Part shown: positions 40,874-51,541 of the stretch, piece after piece | Position numbering within the stretch: position 1 is the first letter of the stretch | Layout of the letters: every line of letters starts with the position of its first letter | Assembly (NCBI GenBank): GCA_019058365.1 | Contig: JAHPZE010000003.1 | Location: 160,001 to 224,000 of the forward strand | DNA from: Promethearchaeota archaeon | Lineage (GTDB): Archaea > Asgardarchaeota > Lokiarchaeia > Sigyniarchaeales > SOKP01 | DNA: 64,000 nt | Reading direction: 5' to 3' | The notes under the pieces: generated by a model | The model's database searches: none | The model's input: only the letters and a program-made list of their open reading frames with translations | What the model was told of the DNA's origin: nothing | Program-made: the position numbers and the translations under genes

Positions 40874-41314
40874 ATGAGGGTATATATGTTAACAAAAGCA
40901 CATATTCAGCCGATTAATGACATTTCTAAAGCTACTCTAAAAATTTCCTTATTAGACATTAAAAATATAGAGAAAAATCCATTTCTTTTAATAGTTCAAT
41001 CAACAATAGAAAACTCAATAAAATTATCAATTTATCCACTAAAAAAAGAAAAAATTTTAAAAGTAACATTCTCAGGATTTGATTTTTCTAATGAAATCTT
41101 TGATGACATCTCAAAAATTTTCCAGAATTTTCAAGTTATTCATACATCAGGAGCAATGATAATTAAGAAACAACTATTTTATGAATGTTATTTGAATCTT
41201 AGTTTAGATGAAATCAAATTTAAAGATTTAAAAGCTTCTTTAGATAAGATTAAAAATATATTTAAAGAAATAAAAATAGAAGAAATTGGACTAAAAAAAA
41301 GCAAAGAAAATTAA
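40874..41314 (+). CDS. Hypothetical protein, possible C-terminal ACT-like domain
   Basis: Alternating strand/helix pattern with VIHTSG..FYECYL. Confidence 0.5.
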   Translation: MRVYMLTKAHIQPINDISKATLKISLLDIKNIEKNPFLLIVQSTIENSIKLSIYPLKKEKILKVTFSGFDFSNEIFDDISKIFQNFQVIHTSGAMIIKKQLFYECYLNLSLDEIKFKDLKASLDKIKNIFKEIKIEEIGLKKSKEN

Positions 41315-41316
41315 TC

Positions 41317-41766
41317 ATGGATATATGGAAAGTTTTTTTAAAATTCTCAGATGGCGAAGCTAAAGAATTAGAACTATTTGACGCTAAAGTATTTTTTGGA
41401 GGATACCTAAAGATAAAAAGAAGTTATTTTAATGCTCTTTTTAAAACAATCAAGATAACTAAAAAATATTTTACACAAAAAGCAATAGAAAAAGTAATAG
41501 GACCTAATAAAGATAACTGGACCCTTAATCCTTGGATGCTAATAATTGTTAAAGATAATGAAAAAAGAAAACCATTTTGGTTTTTCATCAAAAGAGAAAA
41601 AGATCTGTCTGGAATACTTGTCGCTATAGGACCTAAACCATTTGCAGAATTTAATAATAAAAATTTATCAGAAGCAAAACGAGAAATTAAGAGTCTGATA
41701 AATTATATTGTAGCGTATTTAAATAAGTTTAATTGCGTTATTATGCTCCCAAATTACCTTCGCTGA
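41317..41766 (+). CDS. Hypothetical protein
   Basis: 149-aa ORF coupled to the previous gene. Confidence 0.65.
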   Translation: MDIWKVFLKFSDGEAKELELFDAKVFFGGYLKIKRSYFNALFKTIKITKKYFTQKAIEKVIGPNKDNWTLNPWMLIIVKDNEKRKPFWFFIKREKDLSGILVAIGPKPFAEFNNKNLSEAKREIKSLINYIVAYLNKFNCVIMLPNYLR

Positions 41767-41959
41767 ATTATTACTATCTAAATCAGATTAATCTGATAAT
41801 ATTTTCTTTATTATTTACTTTTAATTGCTAAATTTGATGTTGAAACTTCAGAAAAATACAAAGAATATGCGAAAAATATTAAATTAAATTTTAATTATCA
41901 ATTTTAATATCAGTTAATACAGAAAATAGAACAATTTAAAATTAAATGGCCTATTAATC

Positions 41960-42769
41960 TTGAAGAAACTAAGTGTCAGAGTCATAATCTGCATACTAGT
42001 TGTGAATTTGACCATTATTCCATTCCTTTTTGCATTAAGTGGCTATGGAACAACTGAAGAAATCGATTCTAAGTTCGGAGATACACCAGTAATTGATGGA
42101 TATATTGATCTTTTTTCAGGAGAATGGAATAAAGCCATGAAAGTTCAGATTAATTTAGGAGGTTCACCTCCTAAAGGTTTACCCATTAGTTTGTGGGTTA
42201 TGCAAAATGATTTTAATCTCTATATTGCAGTACAACTTGAATTAGAACAAGGATATCATAATATCACTGAATTTATAGGACTTATTATTTCAAATAGTTC
42301 TTCTAAGGCAAAAGAAGATTTTATCGACGCGAAAATTATTCAATTTTCTAATATTTCAGTGGATAATTTTAATTATTTTGACTATCATATTAACAATAGT
42401 ATTTTTTCTATTGATACTGAAGTTAATGGTAATGGTGCTGCAAATTTGGACGGGGTTACTTCCACATATGAATTTTCTATTCCTACTAAGAATACTCTTG
42501 ATAATGTGGAAGATGTAGTATTAGATTATGGTAATGCCTATGCTTTTAATATTACTTATGGAGATGTACCCATTTATCCAAATGGAATTAAAAAAAGCAC
42601 TACAGTTCTCATAAACCTAATATCATTACCCTCTTCATTACCATCACTTACTAATATAATTTTATTTGCATTTTGTATAGTAGTTTTTAGCATTATAGGA
42701 ATTCTCTACGGGTTTTACATATATAAAATTTTGAGATTGAAAGCATTTATTAAAAGAGTAAAACGGTAA
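41960..42769 (+). CDS. Membrane-anchored surface protein (CBM9/DOMON-like beta sandwich)
   Basis: Signal peptide, PVIDG...EW, YEFSIP, C-terminal TM plus basic tail. Confidence 0.65.
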   Translation: MKKLSVRVIICILVVNLTIIPFLFALSGYGTTEEIDSKFGDTPVIDGYIDLFSGEWNKAMKVQINLGGSPPKGLPISLWVMQNDFNLYIAVQLELEQGYHNITEFIGLIISNSSSKAKEDFIDAKIIQFSNISVDNFNYFDYHINNSIFSIDTEVNGNGAANLDGVTSTYEFSIPTKNTLDNVEDVVLDYGNAYAFNITYGDVPIYPNGIKKSTTVLINLISLPSSLPSLTNIILFAFCIVVFSIIGILYGFYIYKILRLKAFIKRVKR

Positions 42770-42770
42770 A

Positions 42771-43187
42771 ATGTCAAAAATTCCTAAACAACAAGAAAAG
42801 GAGCTAAAATCAAAGGAAAAATATCGATCTAACGAAAAATTTGCATATAGATCGGTAGTAATCTCAGCCATTTTAGGAGGAATTTTTTTTATTATATCTC
42901 TCCTCTTTAATACTGGATTTATAACTATTTTTATGAATAAAGATATATTTTGGAATTTTATTGATATCACAATTAAGGTATTAGCTATTATGTTTTTTTT
43001 TTTGTTTATGATAACGAGTATTGGAAATTATAAAGAATTAATTGGTAAACCATTAAATTGGAAAGAATTACTTTTTCTATTCTTGCTTTCTATTGGGCAA
43101 ACTATCTTAAATATTTGGGTTTTTACTTTTACGCTTTTTGGACTTGCAATCATACTAATCTACCTATATATAGTCCAAGAGTTTTAA
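42771..43187 (+). CDS. Hypothetical membrane protein
   Basis: 3-4 TM segments. Confidence 0.65.
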   Translation: MSKIPKQQEKELKSKEKYRSNEKFAYRSVVISAILGGIFFIISLLFNTGFITIFMNKDIFWNFIDITIKVLAIMFFFLFMITSIGNYKELIGKPLNWKELLFLFLLSIGQTILNIWVFTFTLFGLAIILIYLYIVQEF

Positions 43188-43212
43188 AACAGAACTTTTC
43201 ATAAAGTTAAAA

Positions 43213-43956
43213 ATGGGTTCGGAAATCTTATTCATTGGACATAGAGGAACTAGAACTAGTTTTGATGAAAATACTGTAGAAGCATTTAGAAAAGCTATAG
43301 AATTTGGGGCGGAATATATTGAATTTGATGTCCGGAAAACTAAAGATAAAGAACTTATTATTCTGCATGATTCATCTTTAAATAGAACCACAAATGGCTC
43401 TGGGAAACTAAAAAACTTCAATTATAATGAAATTAAAAAATATAGAACTAAAAATCATAAATGTGCCATTCCACTCTTATCAGAAGTCTTAGAAGAATTA
43501 AAAGGAGGAATAAAGTTTATAATTGAGTTAAAAGAAGATGATTTAACTGATGGAATTCTAGAAATAGTTAACAATTTCAATATATTTGAAGAATGTATAT
43601 TTAGTGGGAGAAATTTAATAGATTTACAAGAAATTAAAAAGATCTATCCAAAAAGTAGAATATGCTATAATCTTACTAAAGGAGTGGGTTTCAAAATCAA
43701 AGATTTTTTGAGATTAGGGAGATTTAAACAATTAGAATTTAAACCAGATTTAATAAATCTACGGTCAAATCTAATATCTTCAGAATTTATTGAAATTTGC
43801 CATAATAATAATATTAAATCTTTAGCATGGGACTTTATCTCATATAAAAATCCAATATTTCAGATTAAATCTCTAATTAATTTAGGTATTGATGGGATTT
43901 TATTTGATAATCATAGAAATATTACAAAAATTAAAAGCTGGGTTAGCTCAACTTAA
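43213..43956 (+). CDS. Glycerophosphodiester phosphodiesterase
   Basis: GHRG, ENT, IEFDVR..KD, LHD..LNRTT, GIDGI. Confidence 0.93.
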   Translation: MGSEILFIGHRGTRTSFDENTVEAFRKAIEFGAEYIEFDVRKTKDKELIILHDSSLNRTTNGSGKLKNFNYNEIKKYRTKNHKCAIPLLSEVLEELKGGIKFIIELKEDDLTDGILEIVNNFNIFEECIFSGRNLIDLQEIKKIYPKSRICYNLTKGVGFKIKDFLRLGRFKQLEFKPDLINLRSNLISSEFIEICHNNNIKSLAWDFISYKNPIFQIKSLINLGIDGILFDNHRNITKIKSWVSST

Positions 43957-46013
43957 TTATCTATCTTAATCCTTGAAATCCCATTAGGTAAATATAAAAT
44001 AATTTCATCTATAGATAATAATTTAACCCAAATTCTTAAATCTTTATCAGTGTTTTTTATAAAAAAAGATTTGATCTCTTTAGCTAGTTTTCCTTTGGTA
44101 AAACCACTTGATTTTGAGGGTATAATATTTACTACATATTTAGTTTGCTTTTTTATTGCCGATTCCGGACCAGAAATGATTTTTGGGTAAAAAGCTTTAC
44201 TTATTTCAGTTAAATCCACTTTTAAATCAATAATTTTTAATCCTATTGTCAATTCAGTCTTTGCATTTTTAATAAAATTCTTTTTACCAGAAATAATAAA
44301 AGACCCTTTCGGTAAAAACTCACCTGAAGGAGGACTTTTTGAAATTTGATTTGGGTGTACATAAAATATATCAACAACGCCCCAGTTTTCTTTCCATGCT
44401 CTTGAATAACTTGCTACAAAATCAGCAGTTTCCTGAATAGTATTTAATGGAATTTCTTTATCTTCTGTGTTTTTAATTACTACTAATGGAGAGCCAGGGA
44501 AGTTAGTATGAAATATTAGATCTTTTGCTTCGATATAATTTTTAAAAATAGTTTCATTCGAACTAGCATCTCTTCCACCGATAATTAGAAACCCATCAGA
44601 AGATATAAACCATCTATACTTCTCATACCATTTTTTCTTTGGCTTTTTAATGAGGAAATCAACTTCGGCTTCAATTAACTCTTTTTCAAGTTTTAAATTG
44701 TCAATTTTCTTTTTAGTTTTTTCAATAGCGATTATAGTTCCTTGTATTTTTTTCTCAGCTTTTTTACCCTTGGAGTATATATAATTAGCATTTTGTCCAA
44801 TACTTTTTTTTAAGTCAATGTAAACATTATAGTCATTAACTCTTATTAATAGTTGATTAGTTGAAGGAATCACTTTTTCGTAGAATTCCGTTCCATTTAA
44901 AGATCCCAACTTTGCAGTTTGCAGTTTATTATTAATTTCTTCCCATTGATAACCTTTTTTTTTTGCTTCCAATATTACAGAATATAATTTTTCTAACGAA
45001 TTTAAATTAGTGTATATTGTTTCTCCAATTTCGTAATATTTTTTCTTTTTAATCTTAAGCTCCTCAAGATATCCCTTTTGATTTTGTAAAATTTTTTCTT
45101 GAGATTTAATTTGATCATCAATTCTTTGATCCTTTGGACTCTTTAAGGCTTCAGAATCTATTTTAGAAAAAAATTCATCAACAGCTTCATTAAATGTAAC
45201 AAAATGTTTTTTATCGTAATCTCTAAGGATTTCAAGATTAAAAGGAAGTACAGATATTTGATTCTCTTGTTGATCAAAAATGATTTGAGCATCAATTTTG
45301 CCAAATAATAATTGATTTCTTAAATTTTTAAAAGAATCATATAAATTTTGGTATTCTTCATCAGAAAGGTTTTTTCCAAGAAGTTTTTTATCAATTTTTC
45401 CTCTATGACATATTTCTTCACTATATAAACCAGATATGTGGATATTTCTTGAAAGATCTCTCACAATTTCAATTTCAGAGTTTTTAAATAAATCTTTAAA
45501 ATCTTCTTTATTCAACGTAATAAAATTCTTTCCTTGACTTTTAGGAAAAAAATATTCTTTTTTAGCAAGGAGCTCTCTCTCTCTAAATATTCTATATTTT
45601 TTTGCAATTTTAATAATATTATTTTCATCGATAAGGAGAAAATTTCCCTTATTAAATAATTCTATTACAAATTTCCAAGGTTTATTTTCCTTATTGCTTA
45701 ATTCGATTATGATGATTCGATCAAATTGGTGTTGGGAAATTTTTAATATCCTACGATTTCTTAAAAGTTTTCTTAAAGATCCAATATATTGACTGGGATA
45801 ATTTGGAACAGGATAATCATAATCTGTTAAATTTATCCGAGAATCTTTTTTAATAATTAAATTTTTCTTTCCAAAATTAGTATTGATTTTAATTATCAAT
45901 AAATCTTCTATTTCATAGATATTTAATATTGTACCATTAGTCAATATTAAATCTAATTCTTTGACAATAACAAATACGTCAAAATTAGAAAATTCTTTGG
46001 TTATATTAATCAT
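43953..46013 (-). CDS. rqcH: Ribosome quality control NFACT protein (RqcH/Rqc2)
   Basis: FDRII, ELF.KGN, WYEKYRWF, GGRDASSNE, SGEFLPKGSF. Confidence 0.93.
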   Translation of the reverse strand: MINITKEFSNFDVFVIVKELDLILTNGTILNIYEIEDLLIIKINTNFGKKNLIIKKDSRINLTDYDYPVPNYPSQYIGSLRKLLRNRRILKISQHQFDRIIIIELSNKENKPWKFVIELFNKGNFLLIDENNIIKIAKKYRIFRERELLAKKEYFFPKSQGKNFITLNKEDFKDLFKNSEIEIVRDLSRNIHISGLYSEEICHRGKIDKKLLGKNLSDEEYQNLYDSFKNLRNQLLFGKIDAQIIFDQQENQISVLPFNLEILRDYDKKHFVTFNEAVDEFFSKIDSEALKSPKDQRIDDQIKSQEKILQNQKGYLEELKIKKKKYYEIGETIYTNLNSLEKLYSVILEAKKKGYQWEEINNKLQTAKLGSLNGTEFYEKVIPSTNQLLIRVNDYNVYIDLKKSIGQNANYIYSKGKKAEKKIQGTIIAIEKTKKKIDNLKLEKELIEAEVDFLIKKPKKKWYEKYRWFISSDGFLIIGGRDASSNETIFKNYIEAKDLIFHTNFPGSPLVVIKNTEDKEIPLNTIQETADFVASYSRAWKENWGVVDIFYVHPNQISKSPPSGEFLPKGSFIISGKKNFIKNAKTELTIGLKIIDLKVDLTEISKAFYPKIISGPESAIKKQTKYVVNIIPSKSSGFTKGKLAKEIKSFFIKNTDKDLRIWVKLLSIDEIILYLPNGISRIKIDN

Positions 46014-46085
46014 ATTATGTTTAAATCCTTATTTATCAATAATATATAATGATTTTTATAATAAATAATATTTATAATAATAATT

Positions 46086-46526
46086 ATGGGAAAGCGCAAG
46101 AAGGTAGATATTAAAAAAAGAAGACATAAATTACTAAGAAACAAGAAGAAAGAACTACAGAAAAAGACAATTCAAACTGAAAAAAAACCATTAACAATTT
46201 TGGATCTTCGATTAGAAAAGGAAACAAAGTTATATTGGATTCGGGCACTTACTGGAGCGTTAAGTGCAATCATAGGAAGACTTCTATTTGGATTAATAGG
46301 GTGGTTTATGTTTCTATGGATGCTAATTTGGTGGTTCTTATTTCCTTTCGTAGTTAGTTTTATAATTTATAATTATGAATATGATAAAGAAGAGTGGAAT
46401 TGGAAAAATATAATTCTTCCAGGTATAGGTATGTTTTTCTTCTTGTTTATGATTTTCGGTGTTTTTTTTCATACAATACTTAATTTTATACCGAAATTTT
46501 CATCAGTCCTAGAGTTATTTCTATAA
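46086..46526 (+). CDS. EMC6-like three-TM membrane protein
   Basis: LYWIRALTGALSAIIG..GLIG and GIGMFFFLFMIFGVFFHT resemble the EMC6/Rab5ip TM pattern. Confidence 0.55.
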   Translation: MGKRKKVDIKKRRHKLLRNKKKELQKKTIQTEKKPLTILDLRLEKETKLYWIRALTGALSAIIGRLLFGLIGWFMFLWMLIWWFLFPFVVSFIIYNYEYDKEEWNWKNIILPGIGMFFFLFMIFGVFFHTILNFIPKFSSVLELFL

Positions 46527-46543
46527 GAATAATCTTTTCATCT

Positions 46544-47050
46544 TTATAATTGTATTCTTTGTATTATTTTTTTCTCTTTCTTTTCTTTTGAAGTAAATAC
46601 GATTTCTTCTAGTTTGTAAATCCTTTCACAATATAAGCACTGAATTTTTAAAGGTTTTCCTTCAAGAACCATGAACTCAGTTGATATGGGTTCTTTTTCT
46701 GAATTTGAAATGCATGTTTCATTGATACATAATATTAATTTTTTAATTGTTTTTGGAAGTTCCACTTTTTTCTTTTCAATGACTTTATAATTTTCAATTA
46801 AAGAAATTGTAGCATTAGGAGATAATATAGATATCTGTTGCATTTGTGTTTCATTCAAAAAAACATTCTCAATTTTTATTATATCTTTTGTTTGATATTT
46901 CTTTGATGAAACATTAACTCCAATGGTCATTAAATTTTTAGATTCATCAATACCAGTAAGATTGAGAATTGTTAAAGCATACCCCGCATCTATATGATCA
47001 ATAACAGTACCTTTAGATATTTTATCAATTTTTAATTTTTCTTCTAACAT
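46544..47050 (-). CDS. pyrI: Aspartate carbamoyltransferase regulatory chain
   Basis: GTVIDHIDAG, KDIIKIEN, CINETCIS, CLYCE. Confidence 0.95.
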   Translation of the reverse strand: MLEEKLKIDKISKGTVIDHIDAGYALTILNLTGIDESKNLMTIGVNVSSKKYQTKDIIKIENVFLNETQMQQISILSPNATISLIENYKVIEKKKVELPKTIKKLILCINETCISNSEKEPISTEFMVLEGKPLKIQCLYCERIYKLEEIVFTSKEKKEKKIIQRIQL

Positions 47051-47115
47051 TTCCTTAAAAAAAAATTACCTTAATTGAAAAAATTTTTGATAATTTCAAA
47101 ATAAAATGATTTTCT

Positions 47116-48186
47116 TCATAATAATGGAATTGAAATAAAAAATAAAATGGCTGACAAAAAGAAATTATAAGATAAATTGTCATCAATCTCTAAATCTAAA
47201 TAATCCAATAATCCAATTATCAATGCGCCCACTAAGGGAATTAAAAAGAACCCTAATAAGCTAAATCGACAAAAACTTCTTAGCAAATATAATAAAACCA
47301 ATCCAGATATGAAGGCAATAATAATACCAGAAATTAATCCTTCATAGGTTTTATTTGTTTTTCTAATTCTTCTGAGGCCTATAGTCCTACCTATTAAATT
47401 AGATGTTATATCTCCAAAAATAGACATCACCATTGAAGTACAAATGATTACTGGACCTATTGGTTGAATTAATCCATAAATAATTATTATCGAAAAACAT
47501 CCAATACTCATTGAAATGTGAGGTCCTAACCTTAAATGTAATTCTTTTTCTCTTAATAATTGATTGACTGGTTTTAAAGGGTACATCTCAGGTGTTAATA
47601 TTCTTACTATATCAGCAGTTAATAAACCTAATAAGGAAATTCCAACTAAAAAAATTACCAAATTTTGTGTAAAAACCATTATATCCCCTCCAATATGAAA
47701 TAACTTTGAAATGAAATCAGGTATGTATTCTAAAATATATACAAAAAAATTTTGGATTAAAAATCCAAGTGTAAAATAAAAAAAAACAATTCCTAAAACC
47801 ACTAAATGTGTTAATTTTCTATATATATCAAATTTAAGAGGGAGTTCTGTAAATGATGGTGGTTCACTCTTATTCCCTCTATATTTAACATTTTTAACTC
47901 TATGTTTCTCTCGAGAAATGAAAAGATAGAAGAGAGGAAGATAAAAACCAATAGAGCCGATTAGTAAAATATTAAATGGAAAAACTAAGAATTCTTTATT
48001 GGAGAGGTTTAAAAATTTTTTCAGTATGAGATTAGCTGTAATTGACGTTATTAGAATAAACCCGTTTGCTAAATTATTTATAAATGCCCCCTTTTCTTTA
48101 TTTTTTCTTGCTAAATACGTAATATACAAAATAATAAACCCATAAGTATACAGAATACTAACAATTATTATCGAAAAAATATTCAA
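47116..48186 (-). CDS. Dolichol/phytol kinase-like membrane protein
   Basis: RKLTH, FGD..S.LIG, KTYEG, IDDNL. Confidence 0.85.
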   Translation of the reverse strand: MNIFSIIIVSILYTYGFIILYITYLARKNKEKGAFINNLANGFILITSITANLILKKFLNLSNKEFLVFPFNILLIGSIGFYLPLFYLFISREKHRVKNVKYRGNKSEPPSFTELPLKFDIYRKLTHLVVLGIVFFYFTLGFLIQNFFVYILEYIPDFISKLFHIGGDIMVFTQNLVIFLVGISLLGLLTADIVRILTPEMYPLKPVNQLLREKELHLRLGPHISMSIGCFSIIIIYGLIQPIGPVIICTSMVMSIFGDITSNLIGRTIGLRRIRKTNKTYEGLISGIIIAFISGLVLLYLLRSFCRFSLLGFFLIPLVGALIIGLLDYLDLEIDDNLSYNFFLSAILFFISIPLL

Positions 48187-48406
48187 TAACGACCAAACTC
48201 ATGAAATTTTAATATTTAAAGGTTTTATTTTTTTTAATATTTTCTTGATGACTAAAGAGTTAAAATATAAAAAAAAATAATTGACATTTATTGATTAAAG
48301 CCAATTCTTCTGAGAGTAAAGTCTTTTGAAATGTTTGAGATTTTTAAATCCTTTAATAAAGTTATAGAAAGAGATAATTAAAATATAATAAAAAGTATAA
48401 AGAGAG

Positions 48407-48811
48407 CTAGCGCCCTTCAAAAATTTTATAGAGATTTTTTGCCGCAATTCTCATTACTTTTACAGTCTTCATTAGTGTATCAATTATAGTTCCAGCGCAT
48501 ACAATCACTAATCTTCCAGCGTTAGTAATAACAATATAACCATTTTCTGCTCTTACTATTATCTCACTTAAATCTTCTTGGAATAAAGTCTGGATTGTTG
48601 ATCTCCCCGTCATTAACAATGCGCTAGCGAGTCCGCAGAATTGGTCCCCGTCAACATGATATTGTGGTAAAGCAGAGAAAGCAATTTGATATCCTTCAAA
48701 ACTTACAAGTGCGATTGCTTCAATATCTGCATTGGAGGTTATAAATGTAATTTGAGGACTTATTTTTTCGATATCATCTTGATTGATTCCTAAATCAGAC
48801 CCAAATTGAAT
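48407..48811 (-). CDS. Roadblock/LC7 domain protein (extended to probable ATT start)
   Basis: Open frame upstream of the called TTG encodes IEAIALVSFEGYQIAFS, the roadblock N-terminal half; EIIVRAENGYIVI downstream. Confidence 0.85.
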   Translation of the reverse strand: MQFGSDLGINQDDIEKISPQITFITSNADIEAIALVSFEGYQIAFSALPQYHVDGDQFCGLASALLMTGRSTIQTLFQEDLSEIIVRAENGYIVITNAGRLVIVCAGTIIDTLMKTVKVMRIAAKNLYKIFEGR

Positions 48812-49234
48812 AAATCCACACCTTTAGTGCTTTTAGGTTTTATAAATATTATTATAATTATAATAATTTTTATCTTATTATATTTTTATTTTTAACATTT
48901 GAAGTTTCTTTTAGGTTGAAATTAATAAAATAAGACCTAAGATTTAATATAACGTTCTAACTAGGATATTGATCTCTTCTATGATTATTCTTATAAATCA
49001 CAATTTGTAAATACCTAAAAAAATATCTAATATACTATTCAACAAAATTATCTTAACCCTACTATAATATTTTTATACAAGTACTTTATTTACTATTCAA
49101 AAGTAAATTTTAATATTTTATAATCTTAAAAATATTTAACGCAACCTTTGAGTTTTTTTAAAGGGTTTGTGAATGAAATTTTTATACTTAAAATTAATTG
49201 ATTAATAATTACGAGATATTAATGAAATCAGATT

Positions 49235-51541
49235 ATGATAACCACACGTGAATCTATAAGTTATCAGTACTCATTGATTTTTGGATATGCGTCTCCAAAT
49301 GATGTTGTTGTTGGAGATGTAATTGGTGTTGGAAGGCTAACGAGAAAAAAAGTGAATGAACTATCGCAAGAAGTTATTAAATATTTAACAATGTATAATG
49401 CGATTTTAAGGGATTATACAGGAGCTGAACTATTTAGTATTGAGTTTGATTTATACAACGTTGATGAAAAAAGTGCTCGAATTAATATTTACCCAAAATC
49501 AATGATATTCATACCAGGTAAATTTAAGGACTGTGAAAGTCTATTGCTTGCTTTAAAACCTGAGACTGGGGTTTTAGATATACATAAATCTAGAGAATCA
49601 TTGAATAATATAAGTAAACTATTTTTTGAAGTAGAAGAGTTTTCTAATCGCCCAGAATTAAGGAAAGAAAATAAAGAACAAGTATATGACAAATTTGCTA
49701 CTAGATTTAATAAAAAACTTTATGGAGAACTAGTCGAAGATAAATGGAACAAGAAATTGATTGGTTTAAGTAAAACTCTGCCAACAGAAAAAGAAATGTT
49801 GAATACATATGCTAAGGTTATCTCTAACGTTGAGGTTTTATGGTATAAAAAACCAATGGAGATTAAATTTTTAAATCCGAAATTTCAAAAATTTAAAGCA
49901 CCTTTTAGTGGGCAACAAGCTATTGAACATCTTAAGTTTTCAATATCCGAACCAAGTGCTAATTTTATTGTAGACAAGACTTTAGATTTAGGCACTAATC
50001 TAATTAATTTAGCAAATACCGGAACTTTAGATGAATCTCAAGATGAATTAATTATTTTTATAATTAATCATATTAACCTTAAGATAAGAGAATATATTGA
50101 ACCTCAAACAGCAGAATGGCTTGTATCCAATGTAAATAAGTTATTAAATGATTTACAAGAATTTTTAAATAAATTTTTAGAATATTCTAGGAATTTCCTC
50201 GGTACCGGTGAAATGGGGAATTTAAATGAATTACTTCGCAAATATGAACATTTTATATTAAATAAAGCAAAATTAGAAGGCGAAAATTTCGAGAATATCT
50301 GTAAAATAACAGAAAAATTTATCGAACAATCAATAACTCAAAAAGAAAGTTTGCGAATAATAGAATTGAGTTCTGTTTTCAACTATTTTTCAGAAATTAT
50401 CAATGCAAGTCTTAATTTAATTAGAAAATCACTTCCAAAATATCTTTCTTATCGTCGATTAAAAACTCGAACTATAGAATTGATAGAAAATTTAGAGGAA
50501 AAATTTAATCAGGAACAAAAACCAGCAAAGGTTTTAGGGCAGAAATTAATAAGAAAATTTAAAGAATTTCTTTTTAACCAAATTGAAACACACTCAATTA
50601 TACTAAGAAAGGATCTTAAATTTAATGAAAAAGAACTCATAAATGAGTTTAATTTGTTAGTGAATAAGAATGCTGACATTTTTTTTAACGAAGTAGCTTT
50701 AAATATAGATGATTTAGTATCTTTTGCAGAAATCCAGATGGAATCCAATATAAATAGTATAAGTAATCACATAGAAAAATTTAAAAAATTTTCAAGAGAA
50801 TTAAACTATTTATTAAGCTACGTTCTAAGGCATTCTACGATAAGCCGTTATATTAAGGAAGAACCTGATAAGGAAATCAGTGATCCTGTAACATTTTCAA
50901 ATAGATTTCATAGATTTTTAGAAAAGAGAATTGGAGGTATAAATTTAGAATGGAAATTTTATATACTTGAGTGGATTAAAGATTATTCTAAGAAATATCT
51001 TAAACCAGAAGAACAAAGAACGTGGACATTAACGGAAGTATATGATGATTTTATTGGATATTTTGAAGAGAGAGAATTAAATGAGCAAAAAATCGAAAAT
51101 TTCTTAAAATTCTTAGATAATTACATTCCAAAATTAACAAATCCCGAAGAGAGAAAATTATTGCTTGAATTTTATAAAAATTATGAACTTAGTATTGATA
51201 TCAATATTGAATTTCCAAAGTACATCAAAAATAGTATTAAAAATGAGTTAAAGAATCTAAATCCACAATTGGAAAATATCCTTCCTTTTAATTATTTTTA
51301 TCTAAATGAGGATGAGACCTTCTACAATTATGTTAAAAATTCAGAATTAAAATACTTTTCAAAATTAATTCCAAGACCTTTAACTATAACTTTAAAACAC
51401 ATTTTAACAAATGAAGAAAAAGAATTATTTAAAGGAGAGCTTTTTCATGTAATAGATTTCAAATTTTGGCACGATAATGCTAGATTTGAATTATCAGATA
51501 ATTTTAATGAAGTTTATAGAGAATGGGTGAGAGATTTATGA
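49235..51541 (+). CDS. Large helical hypothetical protein
   Basis: 768-aa ORF, no motif recognised. Confidence 0.7.
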   Translation: MITTRESISYQYSLIFGYASPNDVVVGDVIGVGRLTRKKVNELSQEVIKYLTMYNAILRDYTGAELFSIEFDLYNVDEKSARINIYPKSMIFIPGKFKDCESLLLALKPETGVLDIHKSRESLNNISKLFFEVEEFSNRPELRKENKEQVYDKFATRFNKKLYGELVEDKWNKKLIGLSKTLPTEKEMLNTYAKVISNVEVLWYKKPMEIKFLNPKFQKFKAPFSGQQAIEHLKFSISEPSANFIVDKTLDLGTNLINLANTGTLDESQDELIIFIINHINLKIREYIEPQTAEWLVSNVNKLLNDLQEFLNKFLEYSRNFLGTGEMGNLNELLRKYEHFILNKAKLEGENFENICKITEKFIEQSITQKESLRIIELSSVFNYFSEIINASLNLIRKSLPKYLSYRRLKTRTIELIENLEEKFNQEQKPAKVLGQKLIRKFKEFLFNQIETHSIILRKDLKFNEKELINEFNLLVNKNADIFFNEVALNIDDLVSFAEIQMESNINSISNHIEKFKKFSRELNYLLSYVLRHSTISRYIKEEPDKEISDPVTFSNRFHRFLEKRIGGINLEWKFYILEWIKDYSKKYLKPEEQRTWTLTEVYDDFIGYFEERELNEQKIENFLKFLDNYIPKLTNPEERKLLLEFYKNYELSIDINIEFPKYIKNSIKNELKNLNPQLENILPFNYFYLNEDETFYNYVKNSELKYFSKLIPRPLTITLKHILTNEEKELFKGELFHVIDFKFWHDNARFELSDNFNEVYREWVRDL

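Noticed and set aside
46544-47050. pyrI without adjacent pyrB
   Set aside because: Split pyrB/pyrI is common in archaea; not notable
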